From a bacterium (lineage in GTDB: Bacteria; Krumholzibacteriota; Krumholzibacteriia; G020349025), in the NCBI GenBank assembly GCA_031362565.1, contig JANLSU010000052.1, positions 1-41,777 on the forward strand: a stretch of DNA of 41,777 bases. Reading direction: 5' to 3'. Each line of letters opens with the position of its first letter. Positions within the stretch are counted from its first letter, which is position 1. This document shows positions 1-9,243 of the stretch, piece after piece. A program made the position numbers and the translations under genes. The notes under the pieces were generated by a model that saw only the letters and a program-made list of their open reading frames with translations, was not told where the DNA came from and did not search any database.

Positions 1-2
1 CC

Positions 3-587
3 CCCCCGCGACTACCAATCCTGGTGATCGACAACTACGATTCCTTCACCTACAACCTCGTGCAGTACTTGGGTGCGTTGGGTGCAGTCGTCGAAGTGCG
101 GCGCAACGATGCGATCACCGTCGCGCAAATCGAAAAGATGCGGCCGCGCGGCATCGTCATTTCGCCCGGGCCCGGCCGGCCCGAGGACGCGGGCGTGAGT
201 TTGAACGTCATCCGGCGCTTGTCGGGGCGCGTGCCGATCTTGGGTGTCTGCCTCGGACATCAGGCGATCGGCGCCGCCTACGGTGGCAGAGTCGTGCGCG
301 CCGACCAAGTCATGCACGGTAAGACCTCGCGCATCATTCACGACGGCCGTGGGATCTTCCGCGGGCTCGACAATCCGTTTGTCGCGACGCGCTATCATTC
401 GCTGATCGTCGAACGGGAAGGATTGCCCGACTCCCTCGAAGTGACCTGCTCGACGGCGGATGCCGTCATCATGGGGCTCAAGGTGAAGGGCGTCGACACG
501 TGGGGTGTGCAGTTTCATCCCGAATCGATCCTGACCCGGCAAGGCAAGGATCTGCTCCGCAACTTCCTCGACGTCTGCGGCATGTGA
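3..587 (+). CDS. trpG: Anthranilate synthase component II (class I glutamine amidotransferase, TrpG/PabA family); probably 5'-truncated by the window edge
   Basis: [15 protein letters not shown]-terminus, ISPGPG, GVCLGHQ nucleophile, [13 protein letters not shown]. Frame is open from position 3 (first GTG at 24). Lies directly upstream of trpD. Confidence 0.92.
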   Translation, partial: PPRLPILVIDNYDSFTYNLVQYLGALGAVVEVRRNDAITVAQIEKMRPRGIVISPGPGRPEDAGVSLNVIRRLSGRVPILGVCLGHQAIGAAYGGRVVRADQVMHGKTSRIIHDGRGIFRGLDNPFVATRYHSLIVEREGLPDSLEVTCSTADAVIMGLKVKGVDTWGVQFHPESILTRQGKDLLRNFLDVCGM

Positions 588-618
588 CGGTTCGCTGCCA
601 ACCCATTGCGGAGGCGCC

Positions 619-1638
619 GTGAACGTCCAGCAAGCCATCGCCGCATTGCTCGACGGGGGCACACTCGCCACGCCGGACGCCGAAGCCGTCATGCACGAGA
701 TCGCCGGCGGCGAGGCGTCGCCGGTGCAGATCGGTGCACTGTTGGTTCTGTTGCGCCAGCGCGGCGAAACCGTCGATGAAATCATCGGGTTCGCACGCGC
801 CCTGCGCACGCACGCGGTGCGCGTCACCGCGCCCGCCGGGCCGGTCATCGACACCTGCGGTACCGGTGGCGACGGTACGAGCACGGTCAATGTCTCGACG
901 CTCGCGGCTCTGGTGGTCGCGGCGGCCGGCGTTTGCGTCGCCAAGCACGGCAATCGTTCGGTTTCGAGCCGCGTCGGCAGCGCCGATTTGCTCGAAGCCC
1001 TCGGTCTGCGGCTCGATCTCGAGCCGGACGAACTCGCGGCCCATCTCGTGCGTCACAACTTCGCATTCTTGTTTGCACCGCGCCATCACCCGGCGCTCCG
1101 GCACGCCGTGGTGCCAAGGCGCGAACTGGGCGTGCGGACGGTGTTCAACGTGCTGGGCCCCTTGGTGAATCCGGCCGGTGCCACCCATCAAGTGCTGGGT
1201 GTTTATGGGCGCGGGCTCGTGCCGCGCCTGGCGGCGGTGTTGCAAGGGCTCGGCTGCGAATGTGCCCTCGTCGTGCATGGTGCGGACGGCAGCGACGAAA
1301 TCTCGCTTGCGGGGCCCACCTACGTGGCCCGCTTGTACGAAGGCCACATCGAGGAGTTGGTGTTGCGCCCGGAGGATGCGGGGCTCGAGCCGCAACCGCT
1401 GGCGGCGTTGCGCGGTGGCGATCGGGACGAGAATGTGGCGCTCGCCCAGCGCGTCTTGAACGGCGAGCCGGGGGCGCTGCAGGATGCCGTGGCGCTGAAC
1501 GCCGGTGCGGCGCTTTGGGTGGCGGGCGCCGCCGCCACGTGGCGGGACGGCGTCGAGCTGGCGCGCGATCTCCTCCGGCGCGGCCGGGTGGCCGCCAAAT
1601 TGGACAGTATCTTAGCGTCGATGCGAGGTGCGGAGTGA
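619..1638 (+). CDS. trpD: Anthranilate phosphoribosyltransferase
   Basis: DTCGTGGDG, NVST, KHGNRSVSSRVGSADLLEALG, RTVFNVLGPLVNP, HGADGSDEIS motifs; GGAGG RBS upstream. Confidence 0.96.
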   Translation: MNVQQAIAALLDGGTLATPDAEAVMHEIAGGEASPVQIGALLVLLRQRGETVDEIIGFARALRTHAVRVTAPAGPVIDTCGTGGDGTSTVNVSTLAALVVAAAGVCVAKHGNRSVSSRVGSADLLEALGLRLDLEPDELAAHLVRHNFAFLFAPRHHPALRHAVVPRRELGVRTVFNVLGPLVNPAGATHQVLGVYGRGLVPRLAAVLQGLGCECALVVHGADGSDEISLAGPTYVARLYEGHIEELVLRPEDAGLEPQPLAALRGGDRDENVALAQRVLNGEPGALQDAVALNAGAALWVAGAAATWRDGVELARDLLRRGRVAAKLDSILASMRGAE

Positions 1639-2444
1639 TCCTGGAGCAGATCTTGGCTGCGACGCGCGAGGGCGTGAAGGCCCGCTCCCGCCATCGCCCG
1701 CTCGGTGCCCTCGAGCGTGACGCAGTCGACGCGCCGCCGGCGCGCGGATTCGCAGCCGCGATCGCGGCCGCACCGGGGCGGCTCGGTCTCATCGCCGAAC
1801 TCAAGAAAGCATCGCCGTCGGCCGGTGTCATTCGCGACCCCTTCGACATCGAAGCGATTGCCGCGTCCTATGCCGCCGGTGGGGCGAGCGCTCTCTCCGT
1901 GCTGACCGAAGGACCGCATTTCCAGGGCACCCTCGCGGCGTTGGAACGCGCCGCCGGGGCCGGTTTGCCGCGCCTGCAGAAGGACTTTCTGGTGAGTGAA
2001 TACCAGGTCTTCGAGGCGCGTGCGGCGGGCGCCGACGCCGTGCTGCTCATTGCCGAAGCGCTCGACCCGGAGCGCGGGCGTGACTTGTTGAGTCTGGCGC
2101 TCGAGCTCGGCATGGATGTTTTGTACGAAGCCCACGACGCCGTCAACCTGCGGCGCGTGGCCGAAGTGGCGGAACGGTCCCCGGACCGCGTGCTCGTCGG
2201 CGTCAACAATCGCGACCTGCGGTCCTTCGAAGTCAACCTCGAGACCAGTCTCCGCGCCTGTCGCGAACTGCCGGACGGTCTCTTGCTCGTTGCCGAAAGT
2301 GGCATTCGAACCGCCGAGGATGTGCGGCGCTTGCGCCACGCCGGCGCCAGAGGCATGCTGGTGGGTGAGAGCCTGCTGCGCGCCGCCGACGTCGAAGCCG
2401 CAGTGCGCGCCCTGCTCTTGCCACTCACGGAGGGCGCGGCGTGA
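1635..2444 (+). CDS. trpC: Indole-3-glycerol phosphate synthase
   Basis: IAELKKASPSAG, LSVLTE, KDF, GADAVLLI, GVNNRDL, VAESGI, LVGESL. GTG start overlaps the trpD stop (GTGA 1635-1638). Confidence 0.95.
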   Translation: MILEQILAATREGVKARSRHRPLGALERDAVDAPPARGFAAAIAAAPGRLGLIAELKKASPSAGVIRDPFDIEAIAASYAAGGASALSVLTEGPHFQGTLAALERAAGAGLPRLQKDFLVSEYQVFEARAAGADAVLLIAEALDPERGRDLLSLALELGMDVLYEAHDAVNLRRVAEVAERSPDRVLVGVNNRDLRSFEVNLETSLRACRELPDGLLLVAESGIRTAEDVRRLRHAGARGMLVGESLLRAADVEAAVRALLLPLTEGAA

Positions 2445-3145
2445 GTGATCCGGTCCGTGTCAAGCTGTGCGGATTGCGCCGTGCCCAGGACGTCGCGGCG
2501 GCCGTCGATTGTGGCGCCGACTATCTGGGATTCGTGCTCGCACCGGGAAGTCCGCGGTCTTTGACTCCGGAGGAACTCGCGGCACTGCGGGCCGGCACCC
2601 AAACGGGAGCGGCGCGGACGGTGGGCGTTTTCCGCGATCAGCCGGCGGAGTGGATCAACGCCGTGGTGCAATCGTGCGGGCTCGACATGGTCCAACTGCA
2701 TGGCCATGAGCCGCGCGATTTCCCCGGCGCTCTCGTGGTGCCGGTGTTGCGTGTACTGCGCGTCAAGAGCGCGATTCGTGTCGAGGCCCGCGCCCCAGCT
2801 GCGCGGCTCGCCGGCGGCACCGATTTGCCGGCCGAACCCGGGGCGTGTGTACCGCTCGCTCCGAACGTGTTCGCCGCGTTGGTCGATGTCGAGGACGCGA
2901 TGGGCCGCAGCGGTGGCCTTGGACTCGCAGCCGACCCGAGCGCGCTCGCGGTGTTGCTCGCGACCCTGCCGGCCCAAGCGCGCGTATTCTTGTCCGGCGG
3001 ACTCACGGCCGACACTGTCGCCGCCGCCGTCCGCTGCTACCGGCCGTTCGCGGTCGATGTTTCGAGCGGCATCGAATCGGCGCCTGGAGTCAAGGACCCG
3101 GCGCGCATGGCGGCCTTCGTGGCGGCAGCGAAAGGCACGACGTGA
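2441..3145 (+). CDS. trpF: Phosphoribosylanthranilate isomerase
   Basis: [45 protein letters not shown] overlap with trpC. Confidence 0.94.
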   Translation: MSDPVRVKLCGLRRAQDVAAAVDCGADYLGFVLAPGSPRSLTPEELAALRAGTQTGAARTVGVFRDQPAEWINAVVQSCGLDMVQLHGHEPRDFPGALVVPVLRVLRVKSAIRVEARAPAARLAGGTDLPAEPGACVPLAPNVFAALVDVEDAMGRSGGLGLAADPSALAVLLATLPAQARVFLSGGLTADTVAAAVRCYRPFAVDVSSGIESAPGVKDPARMAAFVAAAKGTT

Positions 3146-4347
3146 GCCAGGATTTCCGGCACACACTACCGGACGCACGCGGGTGGTTCGGGGCTTTCGG
3201 GGGGCGTTTCGTAGCGGAAACGCTCATGGAGCCATTGCTGGAATTGACTGCCGCCTATCACGACGCCGGCGCCGATACGGCGTTCGCAGCCGAGTTCGCT
3301 CGGCTGCAGCGCGATTTCATCGGCCGGCCGACGCCGCTCTTTTTCGCGGCGCGGTTTTCGGCCCGCGTCGGCGCCCGTGTGTACCTGAAGCGCGAAGACC
3401 TGGCGCATACCGGTGCCCACAAGATCAACAACACAGTCGGGCAATGCCTGTTGGCGCGCCGCATGGGGAAACCGCGGGTCATTGCCGAAACGGGCGCCGG
3501 GCAACACGGCGTCGCAACTGCTGCCGCGGCGGCGCTTTTGGGGCTCGAGTGCGAAGTGTACATGGGGGCGGTCGACATGCAGCGCCAAGCCCTCAACGTA
3601 CGCCGCATGGAACTCCTCGGCGCCACCGTGCACCCGGTCGAAGCCGGGAGCCGGACACTCAAGGACGCCATCAGTGCGGCGATGCGCGACTGGGTGACCA
3701 ATGTCGATCGCACCCACTACGTCCTGGGCTCGGTGCTGGGCGCCCACCCGTATCCGATGATGGTGCGCGATTTTCAGAGCGTGATCGGCCGTGAGGCGCG
3801 GCAACAGATTCAAGAACGCGAGGGCCGGTTGCCCGACCACTTGGTGGCCTGCGTCGGCGGCGGCTCGAACGCGATGGGATTGTTTTTCGAGTTCCTGGAT
3901 GATGCGCCGGTGCGGATGCTGGGCGTCGAAGCCGGCGGGCGCGGCATCGAACCTGGGGCGCATGCGGCGCGTTTCGCTGGCGGCCGCCCCGGCGTGCTGC
4001 AGGGCACCCGCAGCTATCTCTTGCAAGATTCGCACGGCAACGTGCTCGACACGCATTCGATCTCGGCCGGACTCGACTATTGCAGCGTCGGGCCCGAGCA
4101 TGCCTTCTACCATGAGCGCGGCCGCATCGATTTCGATTCGGCGTCGGATGCGGAAGCGCTCGCCGGCTTCGACGCGCTGACCCACGACGAGGGCATCATG
4201 CCGGCCCTCGAGAGTGCGCACGCGTTCGGTTACTTGCTGCGCGACGACAAGGTCGTGCGCCCGGGGTCGCTCGTCATCGTCAATTTGTCAGGACGCGGCG
4301 ACAAGGACATCGAGAACGTTCTGCTGGCAAAGCGTGGTGCCGGATGA
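3142..4347 (+). CDS. trpB: Tryptophan synthase beta subunit (TrpB1 type)
   Basis: [29 protein letters not shown] (PLP lysine), [48 protein letters not shown] overlap with trpF. Confidence 0.97.
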   Translation: MSQDFRHTLPDARGWFGAFGGRFVAETLMEPLLELTAAYHDAGADTAFAAEFARLQRDFIGRPTPLFFAARFSARVGARVYLKREDLAHTGAHKINNTVGQCLLARRMGKPRVIAETGAGQHGVATAAAAALLGLECEVYMGAVDMQRQALNVRRMELLGATVHPVEAGSRTLKDAISAAMRDWVTNVDRTHYVLGSVLGAHPYPMMVRDFQSVIGREARQQIQEREGRLPDHLVACVGGGSNAMGLFFEFLDDAPVRMLGVEAGGRGIEPGAHAARFAGGRPGVLQGTRSYLLQDSHGNVLDTHSISAGLDYCSVGPEHAFYHERGRIDFDSASDAEALAGFDALTHDEGIMPALESAHAFGYLLRDDKVVRPGSLVIVNLSGRGDKDIENVLLAKRGAG

Positions 4348-4351
4348 CCAC

Positions 4352-4381
4352 TTGTCACAGTGGCAACCCGCAGCGTACCTT
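4352..4381 (+). promoter_or_regulatory. Putative sigma70-type promoter for tRNA-Arg
   Basis: TTGTCA(4352-4357)-18 nt-TACCTT(4376-4381), 15 nt before the tRNA. Confidence 0.55.
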
Positions 4382-4396
4382 TGCGTGCAGGTTCGT

Positions 4397-4473
4397 GCGC
4401 CCGTAGCTCAGCTGGATAGAGCACCAGCCTCCGGAGCTGGGTGTCGGAGGTTCGAATCCTCTCGGGCGTACCA
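4397..4473 (+). tRNA. tRNA-Arg(CCG)
   Basis: Acceptor GCGCCCG/CGGGCGT, D-arm GCTCAGCTGGATAGAGC, anticodon stem CCAGC/GCTGG with loop CTCCGGA (CCG at 4431-4433), T-arm GGAGG-TTCGAAT-CCTCT, encoded CCA; 77 nt. Confidence 0.97.
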
Positions 4474-4478
4474 CAGTC

Positions 4479-4509
4479 GGCCGCCCGGCTTCGGCCGGGC
4501 GGCCTTTTT
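4479..4509 (+). terminator. Intrinsic terminator after tRNA-Arg
   Basis: Perfect 11-bp stem GGCCGCCCGGC-TTCG-GCCGGGCGGCC followed by TTTTT. Confidence 0.9.
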
Positions 4510-4644
4510 ACGACGCTGCGCCCGGTGCGCAAGCCGCCAGCGGGCGAATCCGCGTGCGACATCGAGTAAAACCAGAGACAAGTCCTACAAGCTCCAACAG
4601 CACTTCTACTTGAAGGCTGCGGCAGCGCGTTTCCAGCCGGCGCC

Positions 4645-4674
4645 TTGCGGCGCCGGTCGGGGCTGCCGTAAGCT
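4645..4674 (+). promoter_or_regulatory. Putative sigma70-type promoter for arginase (possibly leaderless transcript)
   Basis: TTGCGG-18 nt-TAAGCT ending 7 nt before ATG 4682; no Shine-Dalgarno visible. Confidence 0.4.
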
Positions 4675-4681
4675 CGCTGCC

Positions 4682-5593
4682 ATGAAGCGTCTTGTGCACA
4701 TTCTCGGAGCGCCGCTCGACCTGGGCGCTGGGCGCCGTGGCGTCGACATGGGCCCGAGTGCGCTGCGTTTGACGCAGATGGGCTCGCGGCTCGAAGCGCT
4801 GGGCATCACGGTGGTCGATCAGGGCAACGTCGAGGTGGCGATTGCCGAAGCGACGGATTTCGGCGATCCACATTGCCGCTACGCGCGCGAGGTCGCGGCG
4901 ACCTGCGGCCAGATCTTCGAGCGCGTTTTTGCGTCCGTGGAACAGGGCGCGATCCCGATCACGTTGGGTGGGGATCACAGCATCGCTGCCGGTTCGGTGG
5001 CGGCGGTGTCGGCCGTACACCGGGGCCGCGGCGCCCGCATCGGCCTCTTGTGGATCGATGCGCACGCCGACATGAATACCCCCGAGTCGTCACCGAGCGG
5101 CAATGTGCACGGCATGCCACTCGCGGCACTGCTCGGCTTCGGCCCCGCCGCACTCGTCGAGATCGGCGGTCCGGGCGCCAAAGTCGATCCGCGCAACGTC
5201 GCGGTCATTGGCTTGCGGGCCATCGACGAAGCCGAAAAACGCATCGTGCGCCAGTCCGGTGTGCATGCGTATACCATGGCCGACATCGATCGCCGCGGCA
5301 TTTCGGCGGTGCTCGAGGAAGCACTCCAGCACGTGCTCGACGGCACGTGCGGCGTGCACGTCAGCCTGGATGTCGACGGGCTCGATCCGGAAATCGCTCC
5401 CGGGGTCGGCACGCCGGTGCGCGGCGGCCTGTCGTATCGCGAATCCCATCTGTGCATGGAAATGGTCGCCGAATCGCGCCGCATTCTGGGCGTCGATGTC
5501 GTCGAAGTGAATCCCATCCTCGATCAGCACAACGCCACCGCCGAGATGGGTTGCGAACTCGTGCTCTCGGCGTTCGGTAAGAGCATCCTGTGA
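4682..5593 (+). CDS. rocF: Arginase
   Basis: GAGRRGVDMGP, GGDHSIA, DAHADMN, SPSGNVHGMP, SLDVDGLDP..APGVGTPVRGGL, EVNP. The ORF-track extension to 4214 runs through the tRNA and is not used. Confidence 0.93.
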   Translation: MKRLVHILGAPLDLGAGRRGVDMGPSALRLTQMGSRLEALGITVVDQGNVEVAIAEATDFGDPHCRYAREVAATCGQIFERVFASVEQGAIPITLGGDHSIAAGSVAAVSAVHRGRGARIGLLWIDAHADMNTPESSPSGNVHGMPLAALLGFGPAALVEIGGPGAKVDPRNVAVIGLRAIDEAEKRIVRQSGVHAYTMADIDRRGISAVLEEALQHVLDGTCGVHVSLDVDGLDPEIAPGVGTPVRGGLSYRESHLCMEMVAESRRILGVDVVEVNPILDQHNATAEMGCELVLSAFGKSIL

Positions 5594-5970
5594 CGAGCCG
5601 GCAGCGCCGTACGCGGGCGGCGGGACTCCAGGTCCTCGTCGCGGTGCCCGATGTGCGGCTCGCGGAACGTATTTCGAAGACCCTGTTGCAACAACAGCTC
5701 TGCGCTTGCGCGCAGACCCTGGGTCCGATGACGAGCCGCTACACCTGGAAGGGCCGCATCGAAACCGGGCGAGAATGGTTGCTCGTGATCAAGAGCCGGC
5801 GCGGCCTCTACGGCGCGATCGAGCGCGAAGTGCGCCGCATGCATCCGTACGAAGTGCCCGAAATCATCGCGACGCCCATGTCACAGGCCTTTGGTGCGTA
5901 TCTCGACTGGATCGCCGCGTCGACACCCTCCACACGGCGGGCTCGACGCCGGCCGGCCTCCAGACCCTAG
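5590..5970 (+). CDS. cutA: Divalent-cation tolerance protein CutA
   Basis: LCACAQ, SRYTWKGRIE, HPYEVPEIIA, YLDWI; GTGA overlap with the arginase stop. Confidence 0.88.
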   Translation: MTSRQRRTRAAGLQVLVAVPDVRLAERISKTLLQQQLCACAQTLGPMTSRYTWKGRIETGREWLLVIKSRRGLYGAIEREVRRMHPYEVPEIIATPMSQAFGAYLDWIAASTPSTRRARRRPASRP

Positions 5971-6078
5971 AACTCTGATCCGGTGATGCCCGCGACCGCC
6001 TTGCCGGGCCGCGTCGCACCGCGCTGCGGGGCGCGGATTCGTGCGGTTGTGGACCCGGCCTTGCAGCGCTGCCGCAGC

Positions 6079-7608
6079 ATGGGACCACCGGTTCTCGATA
6101 CAGGTTTCGCGATCAGCGCCAAGAGTCTCGGAGAGGTTGCCGAGAGTCCCGGCTCGGCGCTACCTCTGCCGGAACCGCTCCAGGTTGTCGCCTTGGAGCC
6201 CGAACTGCGGGCCCGCAGCGCGTTGCTCCTGTCCGCCTTCGAATCGGCGGCGGACGAAGGCGAGATCGCCGAGTGGATCTGCATGCTCTGGCGCGGTGCC
6301 TGCGTCAATGACCGCCACTCCTTGCGCTGTCTGATGAGCTTGCTCGAAGTGCGGCTCTCCGGCGTCGAACTGCTGCGGCGCGCCATCGGGCTTGGAGAAC
6401 TCTTGCGGGCTTGCCGGCTCGAGGCGCGCCAGTCACCGGCGGTTCGCGACCCGACTTGGCGCAACCTCGTGGACGCGGCCCGCGCCTCCGGCGCCCGCGT
6501 CGGCGTCAATCCGCGTGAGATACATGCGCCGGAAGCCGCCAGGACGCTGCGGACGCGCGCCCGGGAGTTGCTCGACCAACTCGTGCACGGGCGGCTGCAA
6601 GCCGCCGAGCTCGCGTGGTTCACCGAGATCGCGGAACTCGAAATGCGGGCCACCGCGCTGCGGCTCGGCGATCTCGCCGAACGCGTCGGGGCTTGTGACG
6701 GCCGCCGCATTTCGCGCCTGTTGCCGGTTCTCTCGAAACACGAAGAGCGCATTCGCGACACCCGCGCGCTGCTCGTCAAGTTGCCGGCGCCGCAAGAACT
6801 CGTGCGGCGCGCACCGGTGCTGCTGGCCCGTCTCGAGGACAAGGGATATGACGCGATCGTGCGAGAGCTGGCGCGCCGGCCCGACGGTGCGGAGCCCGGC
6901 CGCGCCATGATCTTGGCGGCTTGGCGAGCGCCGCTGGGCGCCGAATTGGCGTTTTTCGGCGGCGTCACGCGCATCCTCGCCGACCGTCTTCGCGGCCGCG
7001 CCGGCAAACCGATGGATCCGGCCCGCGCCGTCTTGCTGACCCTGCAGGCCTTCCGTCCGCAGGGGCTGGCGGTCGAACTCGGGGTCGCGGAACTCCGCTC
7101 GACGCAGGCGCTTTGGGACGCACTCGGCATGCGGCCGACCGCGGGGAGTTTCACCGCGCAGTACGACGCCGGACGCCACGACCGATTTCTGCCCGATGAC
7201 GGCACGCCGGAACTGTCGACCCCCGGGTCGCGCCCGGTGCCCGACCTGCGCCGGCTCGTGCTCTCCAACATTCAGAACGAGCACGTGATCTGCGGCCTCT
7301 TGCAGACCCCGCGCGTCGCGAGCTTGCCGGGTCTCGTCGAGCAGATCGTGATTCGGACCCGATCGCTCAAGGTGCTCTTGGATGTCGCGAACCGGCGCGA
7401 ACTGCACACCGGGGCGGCGAACCGGAACGTTCCCCGGGCGCTCCTCTGGCACCCGTCGGGCGTGCCGGTGAGCGCGCTCCGCAAGTTCATTCACGTGCGT
7501 TTTGTGGACCGCATCGAACTCGCATCCATCGCGACGCGCGGGTCGCGGGCCCGCCCCGAAATCCGGCAAATGGCGGCGGCGTATCTCAACACGCTGTTGT
7601 CGGGTTGA
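6079..7608 (+). CDS. Hypothetical protein, predicted helical and cytoplasmic (start uncertain; ORF open from 5983)
   Basis: Long ORF that fills the gap between cutA and the next gene, with protein-like Leu/Ala/Arg/Glu composition; no motif recognised. Confidence 0.7.
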   Translation: MGPPVLDTGFAISAKSLGEVAESPGSALPLPEPLQVVALEPELRARSALLLSAFESAADEGEIAEWICMLWRGACVNDRHSLRCLMSLLEVRLSGVELLRRAIGLGELLRACRLEARQSPAVRDPTWRNLVDAARASGARVGVNPREIHAPEAARTLRTRARELLDQLVHGRLQAAELAWFTEIAELEMRATALRLGDLAERVGACDGRRISRLLPVLSKHEERIRDTRALLVKLPAPQELVRRAPVLLARLEDKGYDAIVRELARRPDGAEPGRAMILAAWRAPLGAELAFFGGVTRILADRLRGRAGKPMDPARAVLLTLQAFRPQGLAVELGVAELRSTQALWDALGMRPTAGSFTAQYDAGRHDRFLPDDGTPELSTPGSRPVPDLRRLVLSNIQNEHVICGLLQTPRVASLPGLVEQIVIRTRSLKVLLDVANRRELHTGAANRNVPRALLWHPSGVPVSALRKFIHVRFVDRIELASIATRGSRARPEIRQMAAAYLNTLLSG

Positions 7609-7719
7609 AAAGCCCGCCGCAATTCGCATTTTGCTGCGCGAAATCACCCAGCAGTCACGCCCTCATGTGGCGCACCGCGGTAGCGCGTGCCACAACGCGC
7701 CGCAAATGTTGTCGCGAAG

Positions 7720-7749
7720 TTGATTCGCGTGGCGCGACTCAGGTATACT
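7720..7749 (+). promoter_or_regulatory. Putative sigma70-type promoter
   Basis: TTGATT-18 nt-TATACT in an intergenic region upstream of GTG 7798. Confidence 0.55.
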
Positions 7750-7797
7750 CACTACGTTGCGGTCCGTTGCAGGTTCTTATGGGAGAGGTGTTCGAAG

Positions 7798-9162
7798 GTG
7801 ATTCGCCCGGTGCGTTTACTCCGCACGCACGGGCCACGCATCGCCGTTGCCAGCATGACAGGTCTGTTGAGCCTCCTCACCACGGCGGCGCAGGCGCAAG
7901 TCTTGTACGGAATGAGCGATGTCAAGCAGTTGGGCGGACCGGACGAGATTGTCCGGGTCGATGTGCCGACTGGTGTGGCCACGCGTCTACATGTCTTTGG
8001 TTCGGGACTCAATCTCCTCGAATCGTTGTGCTTCGACGAGCGCGAAAATGTGCTTTGGACGACCAACGACGGCGTTCTCGTGCGCATCGACCCGCTGACA
8101 TTCAATACGGTGACAATTGGCGATACGGGCGTCGACGATATCGATGGCCTGGCCATTCAGCCGTTGACCGGCGCGATGTTCGGCATCACCTACGGTGGGA
8201 ACGACATCGTGCGCATCGACAAATCGGATGCCGGAACCACGATCCTGAACGGCAGCCTCGAAGAGGGATCGCGGCTCGAGGACCTGGCGTTCGATTCCAC
8301 CGGCCGCCTCTACGTGTTGACGTCGCGGGCGCTCGTTGAAGTGAACCCGGCGACCGGCGCCAAGATTTCGAAAGTCTCCTTGACGGGCGCGACCAGCCTC
8401 GAAGGTTTGGTGTGGGACGCGCCACTCGCGACCTTCTTGTCCGCCGCCGACCGCGGCGGTTCCAAGGATCTCGTGACGATCAATCGCTTGACGGGGCAAG
8501 TGCTGTTCGTGAGTCCGACATTGCACTCGGGATTCGTCGACATCGAGGCGCTGGCGTTCGTACCGGGCACTCCGGTCGTCCCGGTGACGTTGCGGGCGGT
8601 CGACGTCGAACGTTCCGAGCGCGGCGTGCGACTCGTCTGGGAAGGCGATCGCAGCGACGTGACGTACATCGTCGAACGGGCGCGCGATGCGGCGGGGCCG
8701 TGGACGGATGTCGCGCATGTCGACTTGCCGTCGAGCGGCCGGGCGCGCGCTTGGCGGTTCGAATACCAGGATGCCGGTGCGGCCGAAGGCGAACTCGCCG
8801 CGAACACCCTCTACTACCGGGTGGGTGCAGCCGACGATCAGGGCGTCTGGTCGTACGCGCAATTTGCCGTCGAGGCAGCGCCCACGGCGCCGGTCACGCT
8901 GCACCCGAATACACCGAATCCGTTCAATCCGACGACCGCATTCGAAGTCCGCGTCACGGCGCCGTCGCACGTCGACCTGACGCTGTTCGATGTGCATGGG
9001 CGTACGGTGCGCACCCTGCGGGCCGATCTGGGAGCCGGGACGCACCAGCTCGTGTGGGACGGCCGCGACGGATCCGGACGCAGTGTCGCGGCCGGTGTGT
9101 ACCCCTACGTCGTGCGCGGTGGCTCGCAAGTTCTGCGCGGCCGCGCGGTGCTGGTGAAGTAA
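7798..9162 (+). CDS. Secreted beta-propeller-like protein with an Ig-like domain and a FlgD-Ig/T9SS-like C-terminal domain
   Basis: Signal peptide ending AQA-Q; about 40-aa repeats (LESLCFD, IDGLAIQ, LEDLAFD, LEGLVWD, IEALAFV); PVTL..V.L.W Ig-like domain; C-terminal PNTPNPFNP...LFDVHGRTVRTL...WDGRDGSGRSVAAGVY...LVK. Confidence 0.8.
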   Translation: MIRPVRLLRTHGPRIAVASMTGLLSLLTTAAQAQVLYGMSDVKQLGGPDEIVRVDVPTGVATRLHVFGSGLNLLESLCFDERENVLWTTNDGVLVRIDPLTFNTVTIGDTGVDDIDGLAIQPLTGAMFGITYGGNDIVRIDKSDAGTTILNGSLEEGSRLEDLAFDSTGRLYVLTSRALVEVNPATGAKISKVSLTGATSLEGLVWDAPLATFLSAADRGGSKDLVTINRLTGQVLFVSPTLHSGFVDIEALAFVPGTPVVPVTLRAVDVERSERGVRLVWEGDRSDVTYIVERARDAAGPWTDVAHVDLPSSGRARAWRFEYQDAGAAEGELAANTLYYRVGAADDQGVWSYAQFAVEAAPTAPVTLHPNTPNPFNPTTAFEVRVTAPSHVDLTLFDVHGRTVRTLRADLGAGTHQLVWDGRDGSGRSVAAGVYPYVVRGGSQVLRGRAVLVK

Positions 9163-9195
9163 AGACCGGCGCTGCGAGTGCGACGTGAATCATGC

Positions 9196-9230
9196 AACGG
9201 GCAGGGCGCTTTGGCGCCTTGCCCGTTTTT
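9196..9230 (+). terminator. Intrinsic terminator between convergent genes
   Basis: AACGGGCAGGGCGC-TTTG-GCGCCTTGCCCGTT stem followed by TTT. Confidence 0.8.
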
Positions 9231-9243
9231 CATGTTGGGCCGT

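Noticed and set aside
4397..4620. tRNA-Arg as an integration site for an island
   Set aside because: No integrase, no duplicated tRNA 3' end seen in the window, and downstream genes are housekeeping.
4214..4681. Apparent 156-aa N-terminal extension of arginase
   Set aside because: It runs through the end of trpB, the tRNA and its terminator; arginase similarity starts at ATG 4682.
7697..7705. GCGCCGCAA motif recurring in intergenic regions (7697, 25677, 35161) as a regulator site
   Set aside because: It also occurs inside coding regions (e.g. near 6788, 10446, 12422) and is plausible by chance at this GC content.
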